Assembly (NCBI RefSeq): GCF_006345805.1
Contig: NC_043004.1
Span: 41,230,001-41,294,000 of the forward strand
DNA: 64,000 nt
DNA from: Octopus sinensis
Taxonomy: Eukaryota
Reading direction: 5' to 3'
Part shown: positions 24,654 to 37,070 of the stretch, one piece after another
Layout of the letters: the number at the start of each line of letters is the position of its first letter
Position numbering within the stretch: position 1 is the first letter of the stretch
The notes under the pieces: model-generated
Databases searched by the model: none
The model's input: the letters and a program-made list of their open reading frames with translations, nothing else
What the model was told of the DNA's origin: nothing
Program-made: the position numbers and the translations under genes

Positions 24654-25018
24654 TCTCTATATATATAAACGGCAAAATATCTGCGTGTGTGTCCTTTATA
24701 CAAATCCACAATTTTTCAGTTAGAGGGCTCGCACTTTCTATGGTCATTCAAAACCATCCAAGGGTGGTTGTGCACATCTTTACATTTCCCCAGTCACCCC
24801 GCAAAGCCATTAAAAAATCAATAGAAGTGACATTTTTGTGAATTTTCTATCCAAAACCCAATCAAAATGCCCGAAACTTGATACGCCAATTGAATGCCAG
24901 CTAGCTGTATGTGATTGGTCGGAGATTTGGACAGTACTCACGTGTATGTGTGCAAGCACGCAGCTGTATATGCATGCACTAAGCACTATGACATGGTGTT
25001 GTCAGGTCATAGTGCTAG
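24654..25018 (+). mobile_element. Non-autonomous Helitron
   Basis: A|TCTCTATATATATAAACGGCA start; hairpin GCACTATGAC/GTCATAGTGC; CTAG|T end. Confidence 0.75.
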
Positions 25019-25110
25019 TGCAGTCTAAGCCTTAAACTACATGACAAATAACTAGTATTTAGAACTGCATGTGTATTTCTGTTCTGCGTGTGTATTTCTG
25101 TTCAGAATGT

Positions 25111-25284
25111 TCACATTCTGGGTTTGAATGTTATGTAAAACACACATAAATCAAAACAAATGCTACTAGTTGCTCTATTGGGACCAAAGTTGGCCTCATT
25201 AAGTGGAGGATTTCTGCACATCCACACTCCTTTAGTAACATCAAACTCTGGGTCTCTACATTCTTAGCTAAGTACATATCCAAT
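25111..25284 (-). pseudogene. Candidate exon D of the minus-strand chain (one internal TAA)
   Basis: ttcttttgatttcag| acceptor; IGYVLS*ECRDPEFDVTKGVWMCRNPPLNEANFGPNRATSSICFDLCVFYITFKPRM*. Confidence 0.3.
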
Positions 25285-25319
25285 CTGAAATCAAAAGAAG
25301 TAAAACACACACACATATT

Positions 25320-25728
25320 ACTCTTTTTCTCTTTTACTTGTTTCAGTCATTTGACTGCGGCCATGCTGGAGCACTGCCTTTAGTCGAGCAAATCGACCCC
25401 AGGACTTATTCCTTGTATGCCTAGTACTTATTCTATGGTTACTTTTACCGAACCACTAAGTTACGGAGATGTAAATACACCAGCATCAGTTGTCAAGCGA
25501 TGTTGGGGGTACAAACACAGACACAAACATACACACACACATACACACATATACATACATATATACGACGGGTTTCTTTCAGTTTCCATCTACCAAATCC
25601 ACTCACAAGGCTTTGGTTGGCCCGAGGCTATAGTAGAAGACACTGGCCCAAAGTGCCACGCAATGGGACTGAACCCGGAACCATGTTGTTCGTGAGCAAT
25701 CTACTTACCACACAGCCACTCCTACGCA
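25320..25728 (-). mobile_element. SINE family A
   Basis: Full match. Confidence 0.85.
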
Positions 25729-26169
25729 TATTGGTTTCAAATTTTGACACAAGGCCAGCATTTTCGAGGATGGAGCTAAGTTTATTACATCAACTCCACT
25801 GCCCAACTGATATTTATTTTATCAACTCCAAAAGGATGAAAGGAAAAGTTAAGCCTGGCGGCATTTGCACCCAGAATATAAAGACAGGTGAACTGCTTCT
25901 AAGCATTTTGCCTGGCATGTTACCAATTCAGCAAGTTAACAGTTTTACATTCATAGTTACTACTAATACTGTTAAGGTGTGGCTCAAGGAAAGAATAAAA
26001 GTTATAGAGTAGAAGTCATGGTGCTTCAGACGGTGTCCTTCTGATACTAGGGAGGAGTGACCAAAAGAAATGGGAAACAGAAGGGAAAAAAACGGAGACA
26101 AAAGAAAAGTCAAAGGAAAAATGCACATGTGTTAGGTTCAAATGTTTTCGCTCCCTCTTTATCTCCACA

Positions 26170-26171
26170 CT

Positions 26172-26207
<36 letters not shown>

Positions 26208-26275
26208 GTATATATCTATATGTATATATATTATATATATATATATATCATATAATACATATATATATAATATAC

Positions 26276-26322
<47 letters not shown>

Positions 26323-26338
26323 CATATATATATATAAC

Positions 26339-26369
<31 letters not shown>

Positions 26370-26419
26370 CATACATATATATATACATACATATATATAT
26401 ATACATACATTATATATAT

Positions 26420-26467
<48 letters not shown>

Positions 26468-26490
26468 TATATACATATATATATATGTAT
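26170..26490. repeat. Long interrupted (TA)n microsatellite
   Basis: Direct reading. Confidence 0.95.
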
Positions 26491-27011
26491 GTATTCTTTT
26501 TTTCTTTTATTTGTTTCAGTCATTCCACTGTGGCCATGCTGGAGCACCGCCTTTAGTTGAACAACTTAACCCCAGGACTTATTCTTTGTAAGCCTAGTAC
26601 TTATTCTATCGGTCTCTTTTGCTGAACCGCTAAGCAGTAGGGACAAAAACAAATCAACATTGTCAAGCAATGGTGGGGGGACAAACACAGACACACACAC
26701 AAATATATTTATATATATATATATAAACGATGGGCTTTTTTCAGTTGCAGTCTACCAAATCTACTCACAAGGCTTTGGTTGGCCCGAGGCTATAGTAGAA
26801 GACGCTGGCCCAAGGTGCCACACAATGGGCTAAACCTGGAACCATGTGGTTGGGAAGCAAGCTTCATATCACATGTGGTAGATGGATTTAGTCCAAGAAA
26901 TCGTCTGCAGGACTTATTCTTTGTAAGCCTATTACGTATTCTATCAGTCTCTTTTGCTGAACTGCTAAGTTACAGGGACATAAATACACCAACATCTGTT
27001 TTCAACAGCAA

Positions 27012-27111
27012 NNNNNNNNNNNNNNNNNNNNNNNNNNNNNNNNNNNNNNNNNNNNNNNNNNNNNNNNNNNNNNNNNNNNNNNNNNNNNNNNNNNNNNNNN
27101 NNNNNNNNNNN
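27012..27111. other. Assembly gap (100 N)
   Basis: Direct reading. The true length is unknown. Confidence 1.
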
Positions 27112-27142
27112 TAATAATAATAATAAATAATAATAATAATAA

Positions 27143-27173
<31 letters not shown>

Positions 27174-27181
27174 AAGAAGAA

Positions 27182-27225
<44 letters not shown>

Positions 27226-27352
27226 GGAAGAAGAAGAATGTGGCAACTGTAAAATTGAAAAGTACACCACCTATTTTTCTATAAAAAATTTATGTATATT
27301 CCTAAATATTTACAGATGTTGTAATCAAATGTTCTTAGGTTCATTCATTTAC

Positions 27353-27386
27353 ATAAAACTTAAAATTCTTTCTGTAGATAAATCCT
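27353..27386 (-). pseudogene. Candidate exon C
   Basis: aattcttttctag| acceptor, |gtaaat donor; (R)GFIYRKNFKFY; phase matches exon B. Confidence 0.4.
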
Positions 27387-27462
27387 CTAGAAAAGAATTT
27401 GGAAAACAAGTTATCAGATGACAAAATATAAAATAAATAATTCTATAGCTACATACACATAC

Positions 27463-27520
27463 CTCAAGCTCAACATGTAAGAATTAGCAGCAATATCTTC
27501 CTCATATCACATCCTATCAT
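27463..27520 (-). pseudogene. Candidate exon B with in-frame TGA (27507-27509)
   Basis: ttttttatag| acceptor, GAG|gtatgt donor; (D)DRM*YEEDIAANSYMLSL. Confidence 0.45.
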
Positions 27521-27596
27521 CTATAAAAAATTTTTTTTAAAGGGAAGGAAGGAAGCATATGGAATCAGTATAATGTTAGTAATTACATTTTCCAAC

Positions 27597-27819
27597 CTGT
27601 GGCTTTTGAGTTGTCTTTGGAACTTGGAACACTAACTAAGTATTCTTTTGACTTCGTAGGTGTCCTGTCACACTGAAGCATATATATGACTAGTTTAAAA
27701 GCTGCAGTCCATGCAGACTTTAAGTTAGTTCCTGCAGAGGGCCAATTGGGCTTGCAGCCAAAAATTAAAGAGGGCAATAATAATAAAGAATTTATTGGGC
27801 CCTACTGATATGGTATTAC
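27597..27819 (-). CDS. Candidate exon A, product unknown
   Basis: attgttag| acceptor, G|gttgga donor; 223 nt open: GNTISVGPINSLLLLPSLIFGCKPNWPSAGTNLKSAWTAAFKLVIYMLQCDRTPTKSKEYLVSVPSSKDNSKAT. Confidence 0.45.
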
Positions 27820-27844
27820 CCTAACAATATGATATTACTTTAAA

Positions 27845-28047
27845 TTCAGTTTAAATCATAAATTTTTAGAGTTCTTTTAAAATTTGAATTTTCAAATGTT
27901 AGCATATAACAAACCCTCATCCAGACCTGTTCCCAATGCCGGAAGAACCAAATGAAGAGCAGATTTTCAATTGTGGGATCAGCAAATGTAGACTGACATA
28001 CAGGGCTCATAGACGGACAGACAGAATTTTGTGTTTATTATTATAGA
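27845..28047 (-). mobile_element. Helitron-like 5' fragment
   Basis: A|TCTATAATAATAAACAC...TCTGTCTGTCCGTC start like the other Helitrons; 3' end not found. Confidence 0.5.
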
Positions 28048-28737
28048 TGATTCTTGTGATGTTTAAATAAAATAGTAATTTTCAACTTTAAGAAAAAAAA
28101 ATTCAAGTACCCATGATTCGAAAATATCTCATAAAAAATAGGGAGAATTTCTATCTTTCAAGTCCAAAATTTAAAATTAATTTAATTTTTCTAATTGAAG
28201 TAATAGGATATGGAAACAGCTGTAGGGATAAAAATTTCATATTATATTGATTGGAATAGCTTTGTCTGATGTCTATATATTAATTTCTCAATTTTCTTCT
28301 TTTTTCTCATTCATACACACACACATACATACGACTAGTTTCTGCCAGTTTCCATCTACTAAATCCAATCAGAAAACATAAGTTGGATTGGGGCTATTGT
28401 AGAAAACACTAATCCAAGTGGCTTAGCAGTAGGATTGAACCCAAAACCACAGGGTTGGGAAGTAATCACATAACCACACCTGTGTCTAATGATGATTATT
28501 TACAAGTGTGCATTCTGCTGCTTAATCTGTTAGCATCTTCTCTTGGTGTTGCTATTATTCTTCAGTGAAGTCATCCTGCATCCTATTCTCATCTTGATAA
28601 CATGAGAATTCCTCACATTTTTTGTTTGATGGTTCTAAATGAATAACATTTACTGTCTCCTGGCTTTACCATTTAAGTTTGTTCTACTTAGTATTTCTAA
28701 TTCATTGATTCTTATATTTTACATTAATATACAACTC

Positions 28738-29200
28738 TTAGGTGGCAAGCTGGCAGAATTGTTAGCAGAATCGAAGGTGGCAAGTTGGCAGAAATGTTAG
28801 CACGCCGGGTGAAATGCTTAGCAGTATTCTGTCTGCTGCTACGTTCTGAGTTCAAATTCCGCCAAGGTTGACTTTGCCTTTCATCCTTTCGGGGTTGATT
28901 AAATAAGCACCAGTTGCACTCTGGGGTCGATATAATCAACTTAATCCGTTTGTCTGTCCTTGTTTGTCCCCTCTGTGTTTAGCCCCTTGTGGGCAATAAA
29001 GAAATAAGAATTGTTAGCACACTGGACAAAATATTTAGTGGTATTTCATCCACTGCTACATTCTGAGTTCAAATTCCATTGAGGTCGACTTTACTTTTCA
29101 TCCTTTCGGGGTTGATAAATTTAAGTACCAGCTGAGTACTGGGGTCAATGTAATCAACTATCCCCCTCCTTCAAATGTCAGGCCTTGTACAACTACAAGA
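28738..29200 (+). mobile_element. Two tandem SINE family B copies, the first with a duplicated 5' head and long tail
   Basis: AAGGTGGCAAGCTGGCAGAA occurs twice (28739, 28774); tail TTTGTCCCCTCTGTGTTTAGCCCCTTGTGGGCAATAAAG. Confidence 0.8.
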
Positions 29201-29349
29201 ATATGAGGTAGGAAAGATGGGGTGCGGTACCTTCAGTTCTGCTTCCTAATATGGAGAAAGCCCTTTTTTTTGTGGGGTAGAATTCAGGTGAAGATTCCTG
29301 GTCAAAAACTGTTTGAACAATTGTTGCAATTAATTTTTGAGAAGAGATA

Positions 29350-29528
29350 TAAGCCTTCTAATATTCAATACATCATTAAAACTGTAGTTCAGATTTTACC
29401 CATGATTCCTGTTACATCATGTTCATCAGAGCACTCTTTTACTACCTTCAGAATACTGAAGAGTTATCGATGCAACACTATGAGAAAAGATTGTTTGAAT
29501 CATTTCTTTCCGATCAGTTTTATTCACT
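29350..29528 (+). mobile_element. hAT transposase C-terminal dimerisation-domain remnant
   Basis: PSNIQYIIKTVVQILPMIPVTSCSSEHSFTTFRILKSYRCNTMRKDCLN matches the PVTSCxAERSFSxLRxLKxYLRxTM pattern. Confidence 0.8.
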
Positions 29529-29530
29529 TA

Positions 29531-30076
29531 CAGGGTTATTCAAAAAGAAAGAGCAGATTTCAAATTTATTTCTAAAACAAACGGTAAGAGACACAAACAT
29601 ATTCTGCCTATTTCTTGATAGGGGAAGGTTTAAAGTTTATAGCTGAATGTGATCAATTGAATTAAGCCTTAAATAAAATAATATTTTTATTTTATTTTAA
29701 TGCTTCATTTTGTTCATTTTATTTAAACTTGTATAATTTTCATTTGTGTAATCCCTTAGAAAATGGTGACGCCACAAGAAAAGTCTTTTTGTGGGCTGCA
29801 GTTTGAGAAATGCGAATCGATTGTGCAAGTGCAATGTGAATTTCGCTACCAATTCAATAAAAATACACCTCACCATAAACAGATTTATGAATGGCATAAA
29901 AAGTTCACAGAAAAAGTTGCATTTGTAAAGGAAAAAAGCACCAGTGCTCATGTTGAATGCATAATACCTTAAAATAAACTTTAAACCTTCCCCTATCAAG
30001 AAATACGTAGAATGTGTTTGTATCTCTTGTTTTAAAAATAAATTTAAAATCTACTCTTTCTTTTTGAATAACCCTG
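29531..30076 (+). mobile_element. Tc1/mariner deletion derivative with N-terminal HTH remnant
   Basis: TA|CAGGGTTATTCAAAAAGAAAGAG...CTCTTTCTTTTTGAATAACCCTG|TA. ORF 29763-29972 (MVTPQEKSFCGLQFEKCESIVQVQCEFRYQFNKNTPHHKQIYEWHKKF) resembles a DUF4817-type transposase HTH. Confidence 0.9.
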
Positions 30077-30164
30077 TACAGTTCCAGATGATGTGTTTAT
30101 GTGTGTATGTTTATGTATACATAATACTGAGTGTATACATAATGCTGTGTGCATGTATTTTATT

Positions 30165-30550
30165 CTTTTATTTGTTCCAGTCATTTGACTGCGGCCATGC
30201 TAGAGCACCACCTTTATTTGAACAGATCGACTTATTCTTTGTAAGCCTAGTACTTATTCTATCCGTCTCTTTTGCCGAACTGTTAAGTTATGGGGATGCA
30301 AACACACCAATATCGGTTGTCAAGCAGTGGGGGGGGGGGAACAAACACAGACACACAAACATATACATACATACATACATACATATGACAGGCTTCTTTC
30401 AGTTTCCGTTTACCAAATCCACTCACAAGGCTTTGGTTGTCCTGAGGCTATAGTAAAAGACACTTGCCCAAGGTGCTATGCAGTGCGACTGAACCTGGAA
30501 CCATGTGGCTGATAAGCAAGCTACTTACCACACAACCACTCCTGTGCCTG
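30165..30550 (-). mobile_element. SINE family A (diverged)
   Basis: Head and tail both present. Confidence 0.8.
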
Positions 30551-31291
30551 TGTATAAAATATCTGTATAAAATGTTGTGTACATAGTGTGTGTGTTTAAA
30601 CATGTGCATAAATAGTTTGCACCTGTGTGTATGTGCATTATACTTTTTATGTATTTGTATGTATGTGTGTGTGCATTATAGTTTGTGTGTGTATGTATAA
30701 ATTACATTTGTGTGTAAGGCAATATGGTTTTAGTTGTGAGAATGTGTGAGTGAGTGTGTGTGTGTGTGTATGTGTGTGTGTGTGTGTGAGTGTATAATTA
30801 GTTTGTGTGTGTGTGTATGTGCATCATACTTTTCATGTATTTGTATGCATGTATGTGTGCATTATAGACTGCTAGTGTATGTATAAATTATGTACATGTG
30901 TAAGGCAATCTGGTTTTTGTTGTAAGAACGTGTGTGAGTGCGTATGTGTTTGCGTGCATGTGTACTGAGAAGAAACAATTCCAAATACAAATTTGCTTAC
31001 AAATTCTCCACTTAAAGGGAAAAAAAAAAGTGGAACCAAAAAAAAACAAAAAACACAAAAATGATTAAAAAAAAATTAATAAAAAGGAAGAATACAGAAA
31101 TTCAGGAAAAAAGACTGTGTATATGAATGTGTTTCCTTTCCTTAAACCATTATCATTTACATTATAGTACATTTTCAACTTATAGTAAGTACTACTGTTC
31201 CCCCCACCCTCCACCCACTCAGTTTCACCATCCATCCACCCACCCACATAAGGAGAACATGAGGAGGCGGGAAAGTCGTAATATATATATA

Positions 31292-31343
<52 letters not shown>

Positions 31344-31356
31344 TGTATATATATAC

Positions 31357-31388
<32 letters not shown>

Positions 31389-31587
31389 GTGCGTGTGTGT
31401 ATGTATATATGTGTGTATATATATATACGCACACAAAGTAAATATGTTCGGATGGGTGTACATGTGCACACGAGTAAACTTCATTTCCCTTTCCTTCTTA
31501 ATACGCCTGACCAAAATAATTCCAAAGGAATGCCACAACTGAAATTCTTGACAATTCACGCAAATAAGACATTCTCCCACCCTACTC

Positions 31588-31631
<44 letters not shown>

Positions 31632-32157
31632 TTCATATATTTCTTTCCTTCTAGTATCCCTGTTCTACAATTATCTCTTATTCTGGGTTTCTCTTTCATT
31701 TAAACCACAAATGAAACTGACTGTAGATATGATGGTGGTGGTGGTGGTGGTGAGGGAGGAAGTTTCAAGTCTTACATCTTAATTTCTCCTTATTATATTA
31801 CATCATAAAAATTTCCAATTATCTTCCCCACCACCACCAAAACCAGCACCACTTCCACCACCACTACTGCCATTACCATCGGCCCTCTTGAAGTCAACAC
31901 TGCTATAACCGGCATGAAAATAAAGAACATAAAACAGAAGCACAATTATTTGCCAAAACCATCATCACTGAAAAATTAGTGTGAACCTCTAACAAGAAGC
32001 ATCATCATCATCATCTACCCAGAGGTACCCACAATGCTCTAATACTACCCCACCCCCACACTCCAACCATTCAAACAACTACTAAAAATAAAACAACCAC
32101 TTTCACACATACTGAATTGGTGCACAAAATATTCAAGAAAAAATCCCATCGACTTAA

Positions 32158-32359
32158 CAATCATCATTATCATCATCATCATCACCATTATCACCATCAC
32201 CAGAAACACCACCTCCACCACCACCATCATCATCATCATCATCATCGTCATCATCATCATCATCACCATCATTATCACCATCACCACAAACACCACCTCC
32301 ACCACCATCATCATCATCACCACCACCATCACCATCACCATCATCATCATCATCATCAT
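32158..32359. repeat. Compound (CAT)n/(CAC)n microsatellite with an internal duplication of about 66 bp
   Basis: ACCATTATCACCATCACCA-AAACACCACCTCCACCACCA occurs twice. Confidence 0.9.
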
Positions 32360-33249
32360 TTTAAAGTTAGCTTTTCCAAGCTTGCTAGGGTCAAATAGAA
32401 TTTGCTGTGGCAGATTTTTTTTCTATAGCTGGATGTCTTTCCTGTCACCAACTTTCACTTGTTCCCAAGTAAAAGTAATACTGACCCATGGCCAAGCATG
32501 TTTCCATGGATGATTTGAAACAAAGGACATCTGTTTATATCATGGTGATATTCATTTTGGAAAGTTGGTGAGCTGGCAAAATCGTTACCACACCAGGAAA
32601 AAAAATGCTAAGTGGCTTTTATGTTTTGAGTTCAAATGCAGCCAGGGTCAACTTTGCACTTCATTCTTTTGGTGGGGTCAATAAAATGAGTACCAATTGA
32701 ACACTGGAGTTGATGTAATTGACTTGCCCACTCTCTTGAAGTTGCTGGCCTTGTGCCAAAATTTGAAAGCAATATTCATTTGCAACCATTGCATGATGTC
32801 AGATAACACACAATGCTCTCACACCACACACATGCAAAGACACACACATTATTTATCATCACACTACACTACCATTTACCATCCATTTTCCATGCTGGCA
32901 TGAGTTAGACAGCTGTATTTTCTGCTTTGGCAGGGTTTCTATGGCTGGATGCCCTTCTAAATGCCATCAACTTTACAGAGTGTACTGGGTGCTTTTCCAC
33001 GTCACTGGTATTATTGAGATCACCATGAGATCAACAAACCCAGGATGAAGGATGTTGCCTTTGTATGTTAGATGGGCTCATAGTTGACACAAGTATACTG
33101 GGTGTTTTTTACTTGGAACTAATACCAGTGAAATCACCTAGTAACTTGCAAGACAAGGCCCCCTCGAGTGAGCAGGGAGTAGCATTGAAGCAGGCGATGA
33201 AAGGATTTAGCATTCAGATTACTTTGTCAAGTGTAATGCTTGTCTCTCT

Positions 33250-33465
33250 TTTCTCTTTTACTCTTTTACTTGTTTCAGTCATTTGACTGTGGCCATGCTG
33301 CAGCACCGCATTTAGTTGAGCAAATTGACCCCAGAACTTATTCTTTGTAAGCCTAGTACTTATTCTATTGGTCTCTTTTGCCAAACTGCTAGGTTTAGGG
33401 GGCGTAAAAACACCAGCATTGGTTGTCAAGCGATGTTGGAGGGACAAACACAGACACACAAACAT

Positions 33466-33496
<31 letters not shown>

Positions 33497-34280
33497 CATA
33501 TATATATACAACATGCTTCTTTCAGTTTCCGTCTATCAAATCCATTCACAAGGCTCTCGTCAGCCTGAGGCTATAGTAGAAGATACCTGCCCAAGGTGCC
33601 ATGCAGTGGGACTGAACCCGGAACCATGTGGTTCGTAAGCAAGCTACTTACCACACAGCCACTCCTACGCCTATACAGTTACTTATCACTATGCATTATC
33701 TCATAACTTCTAGATTTCAATGATGTGATTGTTTCTCTTAAGAATGACATTGTGGGTTAGGTGTGGGAGGCTGGATCTGGCCAGTTTAAACATAAAACAG
33801 GTAGAATATTTGGGTCAGATATGGCTGGTTTAAATGCTGAAGGGTCAAAGTATAAACAAAGAGACAAAAACAGGTATTTTAGGAGTGGCTGTGTGGTATG
33901 TAGCTTGTTTACCAACCACATGGTTCAGGGTTCAGTCCCACTGCGTGGCACCTTGGGCAAGTGTCTTCTGCTATAGCCTCGGGTCGACCAAAGCCTTGTG
34001 AGTGGATTTGGTAGACGGAAACTGAAAGAAGCCCGTTGTATATATGTATACGTATATATATATGTGTGTGTGTCTGTTTGTGTGTCTGTGTTTGTCCCCC
34101 CAACATCGCTTGACAACCGATGCTGGTGTGCTTACATTCCCGTAACTTAGCGGTTCGGCAAAAAAGACCGATAGAATAAGTACTAGGCTTACAAGGAATA
34201 AGTCCTGGGGTCGATTTGCTTGACTAAAGGTGGTGCTCCGGCATGGCCACAGTCAAATGACTGAAACAAGTAAAAGAGAG
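33250..34280. mobile_element. Two divergent SINE A copies (33250-33672 minus, 33882-34280 plus) flanking a piggyBac-MITE fragment
   Basis: Direct match to family A; 33680-33845 matches 22394-22612. Confidence 0.85.
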
Positions 34281-34869
34281 GAGATACATGGCTTTCTCTG
34301 TTGAACTAAAGAGAGAGAGAGAGAGTGAGAGAAAGATAGATAGATAGAGGGAGAGAGAGAGAGAAGATGGTGGTAAAGATGGAGTCATGGTGCACTCTCA
34401 AAGTACAGGGAGAATATAACTGATACAGAGGATTGGACAGAATGAGTGGGTAGGAAGTTTGAGAGAGTAACGAGAGTGGGAGGCAGAAGGGATGGAAGAA
34501 GCAGTGAGTGGTGAACGTGGGTGGGGATTACACACACACACACACACATGCACACACACACGCACGCACACACACACACACACACACACAAAGGGCTTCT
34601 TTCAGTATTTGGCTACTAAATCAACTTCCAAGACTTTGGTAGCTCAAGATGCCCTCAGTGGGACCGAACCTGAAACCATGTTCAGATGCAAACTTCTTAA
34701 CCACACAGCCATGCCAGCACTCCAGGCATATTTTATACATGTGTGTATATTTATGCTTTAATGAGCAAGCCTTCATTTGATTTCTAGTGTACTACATTTG
34801 TTTGTATTATATTACACAACTCCAGCTTTCATATAATTCACATTATGTTGAAATACACTGAATAATATG

Positions 34870-35418
34870 GAGTGGCTGGCGGTGTGGTAAGTAGCTTACT
34901 TACGAACCACATGATTCCAGGTTCAGTTTCACTGCGTGGCACCTTGGGCAAGTGTCTTCTACTATAGTCTCGGGCCGACCAAAGCCTTGTGAGTGGATTT
35001 GGTAGACGGAAACTGAAAGAAGCCCGTCATATATATGTATATATATATAATTATTATTTGAGGGAATAAAATCCAAACTTACAAGGAAAAAAATTCAATT
35101 TTTCTACCTATTATATACGTTTATATTATCATTTTTTGCAATTTACTTAATCTTTGACATTTTATTGTTTTTTAATTTTAATTTTTCTATTATATGTAAT
35201 TGTCTAGATGGTGTAATTTAATTGTTCATTTTGAATTGATAAAAGGTGGGTTTTTTTCTATATATATATATATATATATGGATGTATGTGTGTGTATATG
35301 TTTGTGTAACTGTATTTGTCTAGGCTAACAAAGAATAAATCCTGGGGTCGATTTGCTCAACAAAAGGCGGTGCTCCAGCATGGCCACAGTCAAATGACTG
35401 AAACAAGTAAAAGAGTAA
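34870..35418 (+). mobile_element. SINE family A with a fold-back repeat inserted in its internal (TA)n
   Basis: Head 34870-35040, insert 35047-35262, deleted remainder and tail to 35418. Confidence 0.8.
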
Positions 35419-36352
35419 ACATTAAACTATGACACTGCAATATATCGTTGTTGCATCTGTCACAAGCACACAGACACACATAAAGGTATGTGACCAAGCA
35501 GTTAGAGACTCAAGCCCATTATCATAAGGCTGTGAGTTCAACTTGTGGACCAGGTAGGGCATTGTATCCTTGAGCAAAGCAAATAAGTTCATGTTGCTCA
35601 AGTCTGTAACCTGAAAACAGGTCCCAACCAACTGCTGGTGCAGCCCTTGATGTCTAGGTCTATTCTGACACTTTACTGAATTAATTGATGTTATTGCACA
35701 CAAGCACATGGTTGGCATTAGGAAGGATATGCAGCTGTAAAAAACCTGCCAAACAGACTTCGCCAGCACTGATGCTGCATAAAAGGCACTCAGTCCATTC
35801 TGTAAGGTAGTGGGCATTAGGAAGGGCATCCAGCTGAAAAAAAATCCATGCCAAAACAGTGAAGCCCGGTGCAGTCTTTTGCCTTGTCAGCTCCTGTCAA
35901 ACCATCTAGTCCATGCCAGCATGGAAAATAGATGTATGATGATGGTGATGATGATGATGATAGTGATGATTGAGGATAAGGAGCTGAGAGAGTGTCCATG
36001 TCTACTCATGACTACACAGGCACCTGAAGCAATTAATGAAAGCAAGGTACATACTACCAAGTCATATACGCTTGAGAGTGGAAGAGAAGTGTGTGTGTGT
36101 GTTATGGCACAATGAATTACATGAACAAAGACAAATAAGAGTGCTCCAATTGAGTATTCACTGAGAGTACTCAACTGCCATGTGTAACCTCTTTATTGTA
36201 GCCAGAAACATCCCTATTGGTTACTAAGAGATTCATGGTTCCAATCAAAGGCTGACAATCAGAAATGTGAAACTCAGAGTAGCAGTGAAAATTGCAGATT
36301 ACAGTAAATGCTTGTGTGTGTGCGTGCGCACGTGCATGAGTGTAAACATATA

Positions 36353-36735
36353 GGGAGGCGCAATGGCCTAGTGGTTAGGGCAGCGGACTCGCGGTCATAG
36401 GATTGCGCTTTCGATTCCCAGACCGGGCGTTGTGAGTGTTTATTGAGCGAAAACGCCTAAAGCTCCACGAGGCTCCGGCAGGGGATGGTGGTGATACCTG
36501 CTGTACTCTTTCACCACAACTTTCTCTCACTCTTACTTCCTGCTTCTGTTGTACCTGTATTTCAAAGGACCGGCCTTGTCACTCTCTGTGTCACGCTGAA
36601 TATCCCCAAGAACTACGTTAAGGGTACACGTGTCTGTGTAGTGCTCGGCCACTTACACGTTAATTTCACGAGCAGGCTGTTCCGTTGATTCGGATCAACC
36701 GGAACCCTTGTCGTCGTAACCGACGGAGTGCTTCC
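36353..36735 (+). mobile_element. SINE family C, full length
   Basis: GGGAGGCGCAATGGCCTAGTGGTTAGGGCAGCGGACTCGCGGTC...TTCGATTCCC tRNA-like head plus 3' body. Confidence 0.85.
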
Positions 36736-36794
36736 ATACATATAGATACATACATATATAAGTATTTATAAATGCACTGATTTGCATAAAGTTA

Positions 36795-37070
36795 CTCACA
36801 TCCCCACTCCAGCCTCTGGCCCACAGCTGCACTGACTCCTCTTTCTGTCTTTGCTACTGCTACTACAATGGTCTCTACTCCTTGAAGCCAGTTGGATTCA
36901 TGCTGCCTTCCCTCAAGCATTCTCATGCTATTCATCTCTCCTCATCACCCTCATTGTGTTTGCTAGACGCCATAGCAATCGCTACACCCAGTCCCTCCTT
37001 TCACAATGCTATCTCTCTGAAATTTCCTCCCTGTTCATATCTTTCCCACGTCTGACTTACAAAGGTTTGA
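36795..37070 (+). mobile_element. Old CR1/L2-group LINE 3' fragment
   Basis: Frameshifted CYCYYNGLYS...RRHSNRYTQS...SL(W)N.LPVHIFP.SDLQRF. Confidence 0.6.

Noticed and set aside
27690-27740. NLKSAWTAAFKLVIYML resembles a globin H helix
   Set aside because: No E/F-helix histidine segments were found upstream; a short amphipathic helix match is insufficient.
28500-28700. Purine-rich minus-strand segment with acceptor-like site (EPSNKKCEEFSCYQDENRMQDDFTEE*)
   Set aside because: Stops in all frames, no consistent phase link to exon A, and no recognisable family.
36353-36430. tRNA-like sequences here and at 17675, 20650-20729 and all SINE A/B heads
   Set aside because: A and B boxes are present but there is no clean cloverleaf, and each continues into a SINE body.
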